Virus record (IMG/VR): IMGVR_UViG_3300010885_082162
Span: 8,039 to 72,038 of that record
DNA from: a virus
Taxonomy: Duplodnaviria; Caudoviricetes
Strand: one strand, 5' to 3'
DNA length: 64,000 bases
Below are positions 46,625-58,224 of this stretch, in pieces. Every line of letters starts with the position of its first letter. The first letter of the stretch is position 1. The notes under the pieces are model-generated. The model saw only the letters and a list, made by a program, of their open reading frames with translations, was not told where the DNA came from and searched no databases. A program made the position numbers and the translations under genes.

Positions 46625-47677
46625 ATGAAACTAAAAAATCCTTTAGAGCCCGATAATCTTAACAATGGTCAGTGGGTTGAAATTTTTACAAATGAAGCAT
46701 CGATTGAAGGTGGAATAAATACTGTTGTAATTGAATCTAGTTTAGATTATTACTCAAGCTTAACTCAAACATCAATCGTTAGAGATAGAAAATTTATAGA
46801 TCGATCTTCATTAAAAAAAATTGTTGGATCGAACACGGTTGCAAATGCATTTGATACATCAATCTCAAAAGATCGAGCAACTAAAACAGGCTATCTGTCA
46901 AGCTCAGTTGATCCTTATCGTCAAGGCGTTGAAATAACTTTACCTCGTCACATTACAGGACTAGTAAAAATATCAGCAGGTACACCAGGGCATTTTATCG
47001 ACCCTGTGCCCTTTGGTGTCAGCGAAAATATTAATCTTACAGATAATGACTTTTTTGAAGAATTAAATCTCTTTAATTCTGTTGAGTTTATACAAGCGCA
47101 AGATAGCAATAAATTAATTGAGCAGATAATCACATTTCCAATAGTCACATCAGATACTAATCAGAGAGAAAATTCTGTTTTAAACGGGATTATAGAACCT
47201 TTTCCTATAAGACCAATCATCTCTTATTTTAGTATATATTTTCCAGCAGAGCCTCACGGCATAAAAGCAAATTTTTCTAATGGCGACATTCTTGTAAAGA
47301 AAGCATCTGATATTGTTAGCAGTGTATATGACTTCTTGCCAAACGCTGTTAATAAAGAGATATTTCTTGATGCTGGCGAACCAATCACAATGTCAAATGA
47401 TGAGGGCACAAGTACAGTAGAAGTTGGACCAAGTATACCGTATACGTCTACAGACACAAACTTCATAGAACCATTTAAAGATATCGTATTTGCGCGCGGT
47501 GATGTATTAGAGCTTACACGAAATTACGATAATGATCTTTTATCTGCTGTTAGAGCTCTCCTGCCGATGGAAACAACCTACTTAAATATAAATCAAATTT
47601 CAGGTAGAACTGGTTTTTCGTATAATAATTCCATACAAGGTGTAGATTCAATTGTTTATGGAGGCTTATCTAGATAA
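46625..47677 (+). CDS. hypothetical structural protein
   Basis: Between tail genes, TAATG-coupled to the next ORF. Confidence 0.6.
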   Translation: MKLKNPLEPDNLNNGQWVEIFTNEASIEGGINTVVIESSLDYYSSLTQTSIVRDRKFIDRSSLKKIVGSNTVANAFDTSISKDRATKTGYLSSSVDPYRQGVEITLPRHITGLVKISAGTPGHFIDPVPFGVSENINLTDNDFFEELNLFNSVEFIQAQDSNKLIEQIITFPIVTSDTNQRENSVLNGIIEPFPIRPIISYFSIYFPAEPHGIKANFSNGDILVKKASDIVSSVYDFLPNAVNKEIFLDAGEPITMSNDEGTSTVEVGPSIPYTSTDTNFIEPFKDIVFARGDVLELTRNYDNDLLSAVRALLPMETTYLNINQISGRTGFSYNNSIQGVDSIVYGGLSR

Positions 47678-50600
47678 TGTCGTCGCCTAAGTCAAAGAGA
47701 CAACCACCTGCAAGAGATTTCGACAAGTACGTTGCTACTTTTCAGTCTGATCCTCTAAATAAGTCAGTAGGTCTTAACTCTGTCAATCCAAACAAATGGA
47801 AACAGTTTGGACCAATTTTATCAAGTAGCAATGGCTATATAACATTTATACAAGAGTCTTTAACAGAGAGCATAGTAATTCCTGGTAGAAACTCGGACAT
47901 TATCCCCTTAGGTTTTGGCTTTAATTTTAATGGTGTTACGTATAACGACTTTATTGCTAGTCCACACGGCTGGATGTCATTATTGGATCCTAGCAATTAT
48001 CCAAGTACTGCTTCGATCGACACAGCGTATATCGATCGAATGATTATTAGCGGCAGCAGTTCTTTTGATAATGCTGCAATCAAACAAGCATTTCAGTATA
48101 ATGATCTTTTACTAGCACCGTGGTTTGATCGACAGCTCACAACACACAGAGATATTGATTCTTACATTGAATATTTTTCAGGTTCAAATACCTCTGTTGC
48201 TTCACAAAAAGAAAGATTTCTCTTTGGCAGAGCCAATTCAAAAGACTATTCATTTAAAGAGAATAACTTTGGAATGAAATACGCGTTGATAGATGATTCT
48301 ATCGATGGAAAAGCACTCGTTATCAGATGGTCAACAATGGGTTACAAGTATAGAGGCAAAAAACTTTCTTATGAAACTGCAATCTACGAAAGCGGTAAAA
48401 TAGAATTTAATTACGCACCACTTGCAAATTATTCAACAGATTACACACTGCTTCCACTGACAGTTAACCCAGTTAATGTTTGGAAGCTAGATGAATCCAC
48501 AGGTGCTACTGTTAATGATGCAATGAATGCTACTAATTTGATCTATAAAACACCTGCTAATATGAGACCGTCTGCAGGTATAATAGGTACAGCGTCTTTC
48601 TTCTCAGGCTCCGCTAACACAGTTATTTACGCTAATAATACCGCATTTGCAAATTATGTTGTAACTGACTCATTTTCTTTTAGCGCATGGTTTAAGGGCG
48701 CGCTGAACGATGCATCATTAAAATTCATTTTATCGAGAATGAATCAAGACTTTTCAAGAGGTTATTCACTCGCCCTTGCTGGCGGCAGTATAGTTTTAAC
48801 ATTAAATGACTCTTACAGCAGTAACACATTGCAAGTTACATCAGTGCCTAATTCGTATAGCGATGATAATTGGCATCATGCAGTTGTTACATATAATGGA
48901 AATGCATCTGCCTCAGGCATAAAAATTTATATAGATGGACAACAGATTTCAACAACTACAACATACTCAACTTTAACAGTGAGCAGCAATATTCAGGCTG
49001 ACGTAACCCGCGATTTTTTGATTGGTGCTTATGGCGTTCAAAATGCAAACAATCAACAATTCACAGGTTCTATAGATGACGTCGCTCGATGGAATGCAGT
49101 AATAACACCCAACGATGTCAATACTATCTATGAAAATGGTCTAGCTGGTATATCTGTAGCTGATATAACGCCAATCGGCAACAGTACAACATCATATGCA
49201 ACTTGCGGAATATTCGCTTCGGGATCTTCAACATGGAATTATAGAGACTTTGCACCGCTGCTTGGTGTTATGTCTGCGTCAAGAAAGATTAGCGACTTTG
49301 GTGGCGGGCTTTATACAGGATCATACTTTGATATTGATACAGAGACAAGTGTTACTGCATCTTATGCAGTTAATATAGGCATTAATCATTGGCCAAAGCA
49401 CGGTGGAAAAATCACATTTTCTGCTCCGAAACTCAGAAGACAACTAATAAGAACAGATCTGTTGGCTGATGACAGTAAGCAATATTTCGACCAGTCAGGA
49501 TTTGATGATAGGCGAATTATTAATTACATTACCCAAAGTAATGTTGATGCATCAACCGTCCTTCCGCTGTCTTTAATTGTGGCACCGAGTTATCCTGGTG
49601 TTCATTTAAAACAAAATCTTATTTCTTCTGGTGGAATACGGCTACCAAATAGAAAGATTATTTCTGCTGGGCACGACAGTTATATTGCTGATGAGACACA
49701 TCTTTTTAAAAAGACAGCACCTTTTTCTGAAGATTCACCTTCTCAAGGAAGACTAACTGACCCTTTCTTTTTAACTGGATCGATTTCGGCCTTCAGCGTG
49801 AATACCAATTCTTTTGCAAGAAGCATAGAAAATAAACGTCAGCTTAAACTTGTTTTTAACGTTGGCAATAAAACAAAGATGTTTACAAGTGCTAGCAGCT
49901 TGTATTACTACAACGTTGCCGCAAATCAGTGGAACATTCCAACTAGATCGCTAGACGATCATGTAACAAGCTCATTTAAAAAGTTTTCAGTTCCTACCGA
50001 CGGCGCTGGCGGTTCTTGTAACGGTTCTTTTTATCTTGAAGACAAGATCGGATTTGACTCACAAGGAAATTGTATTATCTCAGGAAACCTCAATATTTTT
50101 AGGTCTACAACGGGTAATGAAAGAAATCAATCAACTGCTGAAATAGGTACACTCTTTAACTTAAAAGATCACACGCAAATTCTTGCACCTGAGTATGCAA
50201 AGAGTATTCAAAGAAATTCTAATTACTTAGCTTCAGATGATGAGTGCTTTACGTTGCCAATAATTGATCCATTCTTAGTTGAGAAAGCTGTTATTGAAAT
50301 TCCATTCTGTATGGGCGACGGATGGTTTGATGACAGAACCTCATTTTTGCTTGCATCAGCAAGTAATTACGCGTTTACTGCATCGAACGGCAATATTACT
50401 AAACTGTCGCCTTTGAATTGGTTGGAAGAAGGTGGGCCGGCCATAACAGTAGCTATGTACTGTCAAAGAAACTACGGCACAGGAAGCGTTAGAGATCTGG
50501 TATTTAAAACCACTTTTAGTCATGCCGACGACAAACAAAATTTAGTTAAATTAACATATGCAAACAGCGGTTCTGCTAGCGATCTTACACACATTGTGAC

Positions 50601-51351
50601 GTTAACAGGTAATGATAATAATCGTAACATCATGTCTGACTACGTGCCGTATCAGTTAAACAATTCAAAGAAAGTTTTCACAGGAAGTGTACTAGTAAAA
50701 GCCGACGCGTCAGTAACAAATTGTGCAAATGTAGGTATATTTAGAATATTTCAGCAATCAAGTTACAGCAACACGGGCAGTTTACTAGTTGATTTTGAAA
50801 ACTTCTTAAACACTGAGTATGTATCGATTGGCAATAAAACAAATCCACTTACTAATCTGACTTATCTGTTAGGATTTGATACTTTTGGTAGATCAATGTC
50901 TGGCTTCGGTGCCGGCAGCGGCGGAGAGTTTATAACTTCTCAAGATGTGTTATATAATCAATCGATTCTAAATCCATTTTATATAACAGGCTCATCGTAT
51001 AGACAGACAGTATCAGCCAGTCTTGGTTCTCAATTTAATTTGTTAGGCACTGGTAGCTATATTTATTGCACTTCTAAATTGTCGTTAGGCAAACAAAAAC
51101 AATCACCTTATCTTACATATCCTGAAGATAAGTTCATATTGTCTGTATCAAAGACACGCCCAGCTTATAATCGTGCTGATATTAGAATTAGCGCAGCCTC
51201 TTTATCAACAGGACAGATAACAACACTAGTTTCATCTTCTTACTTTAATGATATATCAGACCCAGAAGGGCATGAGGTTTATTTGAATACCGGCTCTATT
51301 AAACTCACATTATACGGCTCTAATGTTAAATTAGGTGGAGAAGTGCAATGA
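47677..51351 (+). CDS. large Ser/Thr-rich structural protein with a LamG domain
   Basis: WKLDESTG...FSFSAWFK...WHHAVVTY...KIYIDG...FTGSIDDVARWN (~48470-49150). Confidence 0.72.
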   Translation: MSSPKSKRQPPARDFDKYVATFQSDPLNKSVGLNSVNPNKWKQFGPILSSSNGYITFIQESLTESIVIPGRNSDIIPLGFGFNFNGVTYNDFIASPHGWMSLLDPSNYPSTASIDTAYIDRMIISGSSSFDNAAIKQAFQYNDLLLAPWFDRQLTTHRDIDSYIEYFSGSNTSVASQKERFLFGRANSKDYSFKENNFGMKYALIDDSIDGKALVIRWSTMGYKYRGKKLSYETAIYESGKIEFNYAPLANYSTDYTLLPLTVNPVNVWKLDESTGATVNDAMNATNLIYKTPANMRPSAGIIGTASFFSGSANTVIYANNTAFANYVVTDSFSFSAWFKGALNDASLKFILSRMNQDFSRGYSLALAGGSIVLTLNDSYSSNTLQVTSVPNSYSDDNWHHAVVTYNGNASASGIKIYIDGQQISTTTTYSTLTVSSNIQADVTRDFLIGAYGVQNANNQQFTGSIDDVARWNAVITPNDVNTIYENGLAGISVADITPIGNSTTSYATCGIFASGSSTWNYRDFAPLLGVMSASRKISDFGGGLYTGSYFDIDTETSVTASYAVNIGINHWPKHGGKITFSAPKLRRQLIRTDLLADDSKQYFDQSGFDDRRIINYITQSNVDASTVLPLSLIVAPSYPGVHLKQNLISSGGIRLPNRKIISAGHDSYIADETHLFKKTAPFSEDSPSQGRLTDPFFLTGSISAFSVNTNSFARSIENKRQLKLVFNVGNKTKMFTSASSLYYYNVAANQWNIPTRSLDDHVTSSFKKFSVPTDGAGGSCNGSFYLEDKIGFDSQGNCIISGNLNIFRSTTGNERNQSTAEIGTLFNLKDHTQILAPEYAKSIQRNSNYLASDDECFTLPIIDPFLVEKAVIEIPFCMGDGWFDDRTSFLLASASNYAFTASNGNITKLSPLNWLEEGGPAITVAMYCQRNYGTGSVRDLVFKTTFSHADDKQNLVKLTYANSGSASDLTHIVTLTGNDNNRNIMSDYVPYQLNNSKKVFTGSVLVKADASVTNCANVGIFRIFQQSSYSNTGSLLVDFENFLNTEYVSIGNKTNPLTNLTYLLGFDTFGRSMSGFGAGSGGEFITSQDVLYNQSILNPFYITGSSYRQTVSASLGSQFNLLGTGSYIYCTSKLSLGKQKQSPYLTYPEDKFILSVSKTRPAYNRADIRISAASLSTGQITTLVSSSYFNDISDPEGHEVYLNTGSIKLTLYGSNVKLGGEVQ

Positions 51352-54179
51352 AGAATTATTTTACTGACGCTGTGCATGACGTAATTGGAAATACACCTGT
51401 ATTAGATCAATTTGATACTTCATATCCTGCTTCATTTTACGGTTCATCTCAAGACGACTTTGTTACAGGCACACTTTTAGTTTTAAATCAAGCAGAGACT
51501 AAAAAACAAGGTAAAGAAGTTTATAGCGCACAAAATAGAGGTAGACTTTTTAGTAAAACTTATGCTTCTTCGCAGCCTGCGTTAGATTCAACTTTTGGTT
51601 CTGCTGAAGTCGACAAGAATCCTTCGTACTCTGAAAGACTAGTTCCTTGGTTTGAAAAGACTTCGAACTCTTATAGAATTATGCAGTGCATTGACGAGCG
51701 AGAGAGATTTTACGACTCTTGCTTACCAAGCATTAAAAATTGTTTTTCTGCAGATGATTCAAGTGTGTGGTATACGTATGACAATCCACAATACTGGCTT
51801 AGCCCATACGGCAACGTTCAGTCGTCTTCTGACATAGGTTATATTTTATTTAATGCAAAGCCTATTGCATCTAATCCCCTGTCTAATAACGTGTGGACAT
51901 GGTCATTTCCTTACGAAGAAAGATACAAACCTGAAGACCGTGTGATCAACACAGAAAATATATTTTCGGACATTAATACAGACGTGACCACAAACTGGTA
52001 TCCCTCTTCTTTTTCTAAAGTTAAGAACCAAAAAATTCCAAGAAAAATAAAGAATCTTTTACCTCTCCTGCCTGGCCGAAAGCAGATTAATACTAGTGAC
52101 ACTAGCTTTAGAGTGGATCCATCGTTACCCAGCAACGGTGACGGAAGTTATAGAATATTAATTCCGGCAGATATTAAGCTAAATAATAAGGATACGCCTA
52201 CAAATCAATATCTGACAGGCTCAATGACAGATGAAGATATGATTCGTTTTTTGTTTGGATTCGGTGATCTTAATAACATAGCTTATACATCTTTTACTTT
52301 AAATGACGAGGAAGATGAAGAAAAAGTCTTATCGTCATCTTACTTCACTGGCTTTGAGATTATCAATTTTGGAGCTATTACATCAGCTTCATTAAATGGC
52401 GGTCCAATACCACCGACAGATTCGCCATACAGCTTTAGTCAATTTAACTATACAGACAATTATGTCACAGTGAAGTGGTTGTCACCGACAGGTAAATCTG
52501 TTGGACAACCAGGTTATGCTGAATATCCATGGGTGTTGGTCGCAAGGTCAGGAAGTATCTCAGCTACACTCGATGAAAATCTAGAATCTTCACAGCGTTA
52601 TAACTTTGTTTCAGGATCAAATTATTTTTCTTATGCACCAAGTAGCACACCGCGTGCACGAGGACAAATACTCACAAACTCTTCAGCAATTTATTGGTTG
52701 TCTAGTTCTAACGCAGCTACCGCAGGTCAAACGAATAGCAATGAAACACACTGGGTGCTGGGTTCATTTTTAAGTGCGTCAAACTATATACCTCCTTTCG
52801 GTGGGCCGCAGGTTGTTACGACTTATAAAATGTCAGGTTCATCTGCATTTACAAAATCTGTATCTTATCAGAAGCTTGAAGTAACTTCTTCATCGCCGTG
52901 GAAGTTATCTTACTCAAGAGCAGTTTCTGCTAATACAACAAATTATTTCAGATCAAGCTTTACAGGAATGCCCGGGCTACCATCAAGCTTAGGAAATGTC
53001 GATATCGAGATAGAGAAGTTATACGGTACAGATGTTCCTTTTGAAGGTACTAACGTGGTAGAGACAAAGTCTCAGATCTTAACTGAATTTACGTCTTCTT
53101 TATATCCACCGGGCGAATATCAAGTTAAATTTAGTTACGTTAAGACAGGTCAAGATGCAGGTACGGGTAGCATAGACAGGGCTTTCATTGATAACGTCTA
53201 TGTGTTTACGTTAGGTGCTGGTCAATTGACTGCTAGCTTTGATCCTAACTACAGAATTGGATACAACCATTATCCACAGTTTAGACAGGTCGTTAGAGAT
53301 ACTAGGTCGAGTCCATATTTTCCAGGCACAGGTCTGAAGTCAGCAGCCGAGCTAAGCACAGACATTATTAAAAAATTGGATGTATTTAATCCTAGCGCAA
53401 TAAAGCCTAAATATTCACAGTTTAGTGTAAATATTACTGATTCAAAAACTTTAAGATCTGCGCTCACATCTACAAAGACAACTGCCGTCTTCAGCATAGA
53501 TTCCAACAAAATTAGTACAATAAGTCAATTAGCTAGCGTAAAAAATAACCCAGAAATTTTAGCGCGTCTCTCGACGATTGACGAATTAGCACGCCTTCTA
53601 ACACAGACGAGTTATGGTGGCTATGAAATTGCTTTCGCTCCTGTAATTAGAGGATGGAAGTACGGCATTTATAATGGTTTGCCGGCGAACTCTAGGGTCA
53701 TCTTTAGAAGAAATAGATTCGGCCACTTTAGAGACATGCTTGAGCAACGTCTGTTCACGACTTTTTGTAATACAGACCGTTCTTTCATTAAAAACGTAGC
53801 AAGAAGCGGTGAGAGGAGTACAAGCAAATTTAAGCAAGGCATTTCTGTGCAAGACGGGCCCGTGAGTGTAAAATTTGTTCGTCAGACTATTAATATTGAT
53901 GAGAATAATATCGGAAAAATTATAACTACAGAGATAGCGCCTATATTGACTACATCACAAAATTTAACAAAAAATGCGTCATCATCAACGCCTTATTTTG
54001 ACGGTGAAAGCAGATCTAGACCTAATGATTTTAATCCTGACGGTTCAAAGTTAAGTGAAATGATAATGTTAACATCTGCAATAACACTTCCTGTGCTAAG
54101 CACTGAAGTCAAAGCAATTACAACTGCTCCTCAAATAAATTCAGCACTTAAAAATTTGACAATCACTTCTCGTAGGTAG
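51348..54179 (+). CDS. large Ser/Thr-rich structural protein
   Basis: ATGA-coupled; RGWKYG...FRRNRFGHFRDMLEQR near the C-terminus; tail cluster context. Confidence 0.6.
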   Translation: MKNYFTDAVHDVIGNTPVLDQFDTSYPASFYGSSQDDFVTGTLLVLNQAETKKQGKEVYSAQNRGRLFSKTYASSQPALDSTFGSAEVDKNPSYSERLVPWFEKTSNSYRIMQCIDERERFYDSCLPSIKNCFSADDSSVWYTYDNPQYWLSPYGNVQSSSDIGYILFNAKPIASNPLSNNVWTWSFPYEERYKPEDRVINTENIFSDINTDVTTNWYPSSFSKVKNQKIPRKIKNLLPLLPGRKQINTSDTSFRVDPSLPSNGDGSYRILIPADIKLNNKDTPTNQYLTGSMTDEDMIRFLFGFGDLNNIAYTSFTLNDEEDEEKVLSSSYFTGFEIINFGAITSASLNGGPIPPTDSPYSFSQFNYTDNYVTVKWLSPTGKSVGQPGYAEYPWVLVARSGSISATLDENLESSQRYNFVSGSNYFSYAPSSTPRARGQILTNSSAIYWLSSSNAATAGQTNSNETHWVLGSFLSASNYIPPFGGPQVVTTYKMSGSSAFTKSVSYQKLEVTSSSPWKLSYSRAVSANTTNYFRSSFTGMPGLPSSLGNVDIEIEKLYGTDVPFEGTNVVETKSQILTEFTSSLYPPGEYQVKFSYVKTGQDAGTGSIDRAFIDNVYVFTLGAGQLTASFDPNYRIGYNHYPQFRQVVRDTRSSPYFPGTGLKSAAELSTDIIKKLDVFNPSAIKPKYSQFSVNITDSKTLRSALTSTKTTAVFSIDSNKISTISQLASVKNNPEILARLSTIDELARLLTQTSYGGYEIAFAPVIRGWKYGIYNGLPANSRVIFRRNRFGHFRDMLEQRLFTTFCNTDRSFIKNVARSGERSTSKFKQGISVQDGPVSVKFVRQTINIDENNIGKIITTEIAPILTTSQNLTKNASSSTPYFDGESRSRPNDFNPDGSKLSEMIMLTSAITLPVLSTEVKAITTAPQINSALKNLTITSRR

Positions 54180-54186
54180 AGAAAAT

Positions 54187-57100
54187 ATGACTATACCCAC
54201 AGAAAAAAATCCAAATGATGCTTTCGCTTATCTACTAAGTAGCTCGGATGAAAATTCTAAACTGATGAGGACAGCAGTGCTTTCAGATTTTCAAGTAGGT
54301 CTACCTGAAAACCCAAGTGAATTACAACTTACAGGCAGAATTTCATATAGCACTGCATTTGCTGAGGTTCAACCCAGCCAAATAGTTTATTTTCCTCCTG
54401 ACGTTACTATCTTTCTTGTCTCAACTCTTCCATTTGAAATTTTAAGGACGGGTGTTGCGTATAGCCAGCTTGAAGATTTTAAACAAACAATAACAGTCGT
54501 GTTGCCACAAGATCCTCGCGTCGGTCAAGTCTGCTACGTTAAAGATGCGTCAGGAACAGCTCACGTCTGTGCAATAAAGATTCAGGGTTCTAAGATAGAC
54601 GGAGATGATAGTAAATTATTAGATTATAAAGACGGTTGCATCGGTCTTATATGGTCCGGCGCAGCTTGGTCAACGCTATCAGATGGTAATCAAAGCTCAT
54701 CAGATAACAATTTACTCAATAAGACAATTCAAGCTGCAATAGAAAGTTATGGTCCTGCAACAACTGATCCTGCTTATATTGTTTTAGCATCATCTCCTTC
54801 ATTGCCAAATGAAAGGGTGCTCACTGCTGGATCTGGTATTACCATCACTGACGCCGGCGCAGGAGGCAGTTTAACTATTACCGCGGCGGGTGGTGGTGGT
54901 TCCGGTGACGTCGTGGGCCCTGCTAGCGCAACAGATAATGCGATCGCTAGATTTGATCTAACAACGGGCAAGCTGATACAAAACTCTGGTGTTACAATTG
55001 ATGATTCTAATAATGTGACTGTAGCTGGCCGCATTATTGTGACAGGCGGTACGACCTCAGTAACAGATGCAACGCTTGGTAATGCAGCTGTGGGTTCTTT
55101 CCCTTACTATGATGGTGGCGGCAATTCTGCTGTGTACGCAATGTTTGGTCACAAAGATCTTGACCACGCTTCTGTTGTAACCAATTATGCTCTATACCAA
55201 GATAATACAGGTAACACATCAATAAACGCATCCAATGGAAAAAATCTGTATTTTTCTGTTAATAACGTTGCTATGGGTGCAATAACAAATGATATTGGTT
55301 CTGGCGTAGATGCAATACTCTTTACGGGCGATTTATCGACAAGAACAGATATAACGCTCGGTAATACAACAGGTGTTTCAGCAACAACAATTAATGCAGG
55401 TACTGGTGATCTCAATATCGGTCATAATGCTGCGGATCGAAATGTTAATTTAGGCACAGGCAATAATTCAACAGAGCAAGAAGTTACTGTAGGCAGTACA
55501 TTTGGAAGGTCTCCCCTTGTTCTTAGAGCAGGAACTGGCGACATGTATTTAACGGGCACTGTATCTACTGATTTTATAATTGGGCATACAGCAGGAACTG
55601 GTGATATAACTGTAGGTAGATCAACTGCAAGTAATACGATAAATATTGGTAATGCTAATACTGTAACTACAAAAACGCAAACTATTAATATAGGCGCTGG
55701 TACACCAGCAGGAACTGGAAAAGCTACTGTTACTATTGGTAACCCTGGTGGCGCTTCTGCGATAACGCTTCAGGCAGGCTCAGGCGGAATTATACTTTCA
55801 GGGTCGGCAACAACAGTAATCACAGGATCAACATCAGGACAGGCTGATGCTTACATCGGAACAGTTGAAATAGGCGAGCTTCCTGCTACGAAAACGTCTT
55901 TTCCAGCAGTTTATGCCATGTTCGGCCACAAAGATCTTGATCATAGCACAGATGGTAATTATGCCCTTGTTCAAAGCAATGTTGGCGATACATACTTGGG
56001 TGCAGCTTCAGCAAAAGCTGTGGTATTTAAAAATGGAACAAGCATTATCGGTTATCTAGACGATAATGAAATATCGCTAACAGGCAAACCCAGCGTTGCT
56101 CAAACTGTTACGCTCGGCTCTACAACAGGTGCTTCTGCTTTAACACTTGATGCAGGCACAGGAACTATAAATATAGGCACATCTGCTTCTGCTAGAACCA
56201 CAGACATAGCTACGGCAGCAGCCAATCAAACTGTTACACTCGGTTCAACCCATGGTGGTTCTTCTTTAACTTTAAACGCAGGTTCTGGGAGCCTGAATCT
56301 AGGCGCATCAAATGCGATAAGAAACATAAACATAGGAACAGGCACATCGGTTCAAACAATTGGCATCGGAACAGGAGCTGCAGCAAATGCAATCACGATA
56401 GGCAGCAGTGCTGCATCAATCATCACGATTAATGGTGGCGATGCTTTAAATCTGTATACCGATAATGGTTCACTAACGATTGATAGTGGTACAGGTAATA
56501 TAAATATTGGAACCTTTGGTTATGCAAGAACCACAGAAATAGCTACAGGAGCAGCCAATCAAACTGTTACATTAGGTTCAACCCATGGCGGTTCTTCTTT
56601 AGCTTTAAACGCAGGTTCTGGCAGCTTGAATGTAGGCACATCCAACTCGGCTCGAACAATTAACATTGGCTCAGACCCAGCCGGCACTGCGACTACTCAA
56701 CAAACGATAAATATTGGAGCTAAAAATACAGTCGGCTTTAATATGTTACATCTTATAGATGAAGATTCTTCAAATGGTCATGAAATTTATATACTCAGTG
56801 ATAATGGAACTCAAGCAGGAGGAATCAGCGTTGTTGAAATAGGCACAGTCGCAGCAGCAACAACGATTGAAATCGGAAAATCTACAGTTGGTGTCAAGGA
56901 TATCACGATAGGCGGAACCGGTGGTGCTTCTGCTACAACAATTAATGCAGGCACAGGAGGAATAACTCTTTCTGGATCGGCAACAACAATAATTACAGGT
57001 TCGTCTACAACAAATGCCGAAGCATATATTGGATTGGTTGAAATTGGTGAATTACCGTGGTCAAAGTCGACATTCCCAGGTGTTTATGCAATGTTTGGTC

Positions 57101-58224
57101 ATAAAACATTAGCACATACTGGCTTAAACTACGGATTAGTCCAATCAAACGTAGGTGATACTTTCTTAAATGCAGCTTCTGGCAAGAGCGTGTTTATAGC
57201 TAACAATGGAAGTGCAATTGCACAAATTGATACAAGCGTTACAAACTTTACTGGCTCTTTAACTACCACAATAACGGGTAACTCGACAATAATAAGTGGC
57301 AGTAATTCTCTAACATTGATGTCTAGAGTTAACGGCGGACGTCTGTTATTATCTGGTTCTTCCATTTTAGTGACAGGAAGTATTGGTATAAACTTGCCTG
57401 GACGAACCCCTGTTAACGGCTCCGGTATACACATTAAACAATACAAAGATCCAACTGCAGTTGGCACTACTGTTACAGATAATAGCGCTGCACTTCGTAT
57501 AGAAGATGATGATGGTGATGGCTGGATAATCGGCGCAGGTAGCGATAATCATCTATGGTTTAGTTGGGATTCCTCGTTTGTTGGCGGAGATGGAACGTCG
57601 ACAGCACAAGGTTACATTAGATCTACTACTAATGCTTTTACATTAATGAATTTTACAGGGCAGCATAGATGCGTGCCGCACGCAGGCGTTGTAGCAGATT
57701 TTAGCGAAAAGATTGGTTTGATAGTAATTACGTCGGGTGACTATCTTAATCCTATTTCAGGTTCAACAACAGGTTCTTATAACAGAAATATCGGAATTAA
57801 TGATGCAACACCAACAGTTCTCCTAGCATCATCTAGAAATGACAAAAGAGCACTTGGCGTTGTATCTGAAATAGAAGATGTTTCTGACGGTGCCCGAGAA
57901 TTTGCTGTAGGCAAATTTGTAAGTGTGACTGAATCAGGCGGTGCCGAAGATAATCGTTTATTTATTAATGCTATTGGAGAAGGTGCAATTTGGGTGTGCA
58001 ATATTAATGGCAGCTTAGAGAATGGCGATTATATTACAACGTGTGAAATACCAGGTTATGGAATGAAACAAGATGATGACCTGCTTCACAATTATACTGT
58101 AGCAAAGATCACATGTAATTGTGATTTTTCTTTAAATAATAATCTTTATCAATGTGAAGAATTGATACACGAAGGCGTCACTTATCGCAGAGCTTTTGTG
58201 GGTTGCACTTACCACTGCGGTTAA
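54187..58224 (+). CDS. long tail-fibre-like protein with internal repeats and a C-terminal FTGQH...TYHCG intramolecular-chaperone-like domain
   Basis: Gly/Thr-rich beta-repeats (TINIG, TLGST), three YAMFGHK modules, C-terminal NFTGQHRC...GDYITT...YTVAKIT...CTYHCG. Confidence 0.75.
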   Translation: MTIPTEKNPNDAFAYLLSSSDENSKLMRTAVLSDFQVGLPENPSELQLTGRISYSTAFAEVQPSQIVYFPPDVTIFLVSTLPFEILRTGVAYSQLEDFKQTITVVLPQDPRVGQVCYVKDASGTAHVCAIKIQGSKIDGDDSKLLDYKDGCIGLIWSGAAWSTLSDGNQSSSDNNLLNKTIQAAIESYGPATTDPAYIVLASSPSLPNERVLTAGSGITITDAGAGGSLTITAAGGGGSGDVVGPASATDNAIARFDLTTGKLIQNSGVTIDDSNNVTVAGRIIVTGGTTSVTDATLGNAAVGSFPYYDGGGNSAVYAMFGHKDLDHASVVTNYALYQDNTGNTSINASNGKNLYFSVNNVAMGAITNDIGSGVDAILFTGDLSTRTDITLGNTTGVSATTINAGTGDLNIGHNAADRNVNLGTGNNSTEQEVTVGSTFGRSPLVLRAGTGDMYLTGTVSTDFIIGHTAGTGDITVGRSTASNTINIGNANTVTTKTQTINIGAGTPAGTGKATVTIGNPGGASAITLQAGSGGIILSGSATTVITGSTSGQADAYIGTVEIGELPATKTSFPAVYAMFGHKDLDHSTDGNYALVQSNVGDTYLGAASAKAVVFKNGTSIIGYLDDNEISLTGKPSVAQTVTLGSTTGASALTLDAGTGTINIGTSASARTTDIATAAANQTVTLGSTHGGSSLTLNAGSGSLNLGASNAIRNINIGTGTSVQTIGIGTGAAANAITIGSSAASIITINGGDALNLYTDNGSLTIDSGTGNINIGTFGYARTTEIATGAANQTVTLGSTHGGSSLALNAGSGSLNVGTSNSARTINIGSDPAGTATTQQTINIGAKNTVGFNMLHLIDEDSSNGHEIYILSDNGTQAGGISVVEIGTVAAATTIEIGKSTVGVKDITIGGTGGASATTINAGTGGITLSGSATTIITGSSTTNAEAYIGLVEIGELPWSKSTFPGVYAMFGHKTLAHTGLNYGLVQSNVGDTFLNAASGKSVFIANNGSAIAQIDTSVTNFTGSLTTTITGNSTIISGSNSLTLMSRVNGGRLLLSGSSILVTGSIGINLPGRTPVNGSGIHIKQYKDPTAVGTTVTDNSAALRIEDDDGDGWIIGAGSDNHLWFSWDSSFVGGDGTSTAQGYIRSTTNAFTLMNFTGQHRCVPHAGVVADFSEKIGLIVITSGDYLNPISGSTTGSYNRNIGINDATPTVLLASSRNDKRALGVVSEIEDVSDGAREFAVGKFVSVTESGGAEDNRLFINAIGEGAIWVCNINGSLENGDYITTCEIPGYGMKQDDDLLHNYTVAKITCNCDFSLNNNLYQCEELIHEGVTYRRAFVGCTYHCG
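56191..56631 (+). repeat. 108-bp imperfect direct repeat (56191-56298 and 56524-56631) within the fibre gene
   Basis: Both copies encode ARTT[DE]IAT.AANQTVTLGSTHGGSSL.LNAGSGSLN; offset 333 nt, in frame. Confidence 0.88.

Noticed and set aside
56191-56631. Diversity-generating retroelement TR/VR pair
   Set aside because: Differences between copies are not confined to adenines, both copies lie in frame in the middle of one gene, and there is no reverse transcriptase in the window.
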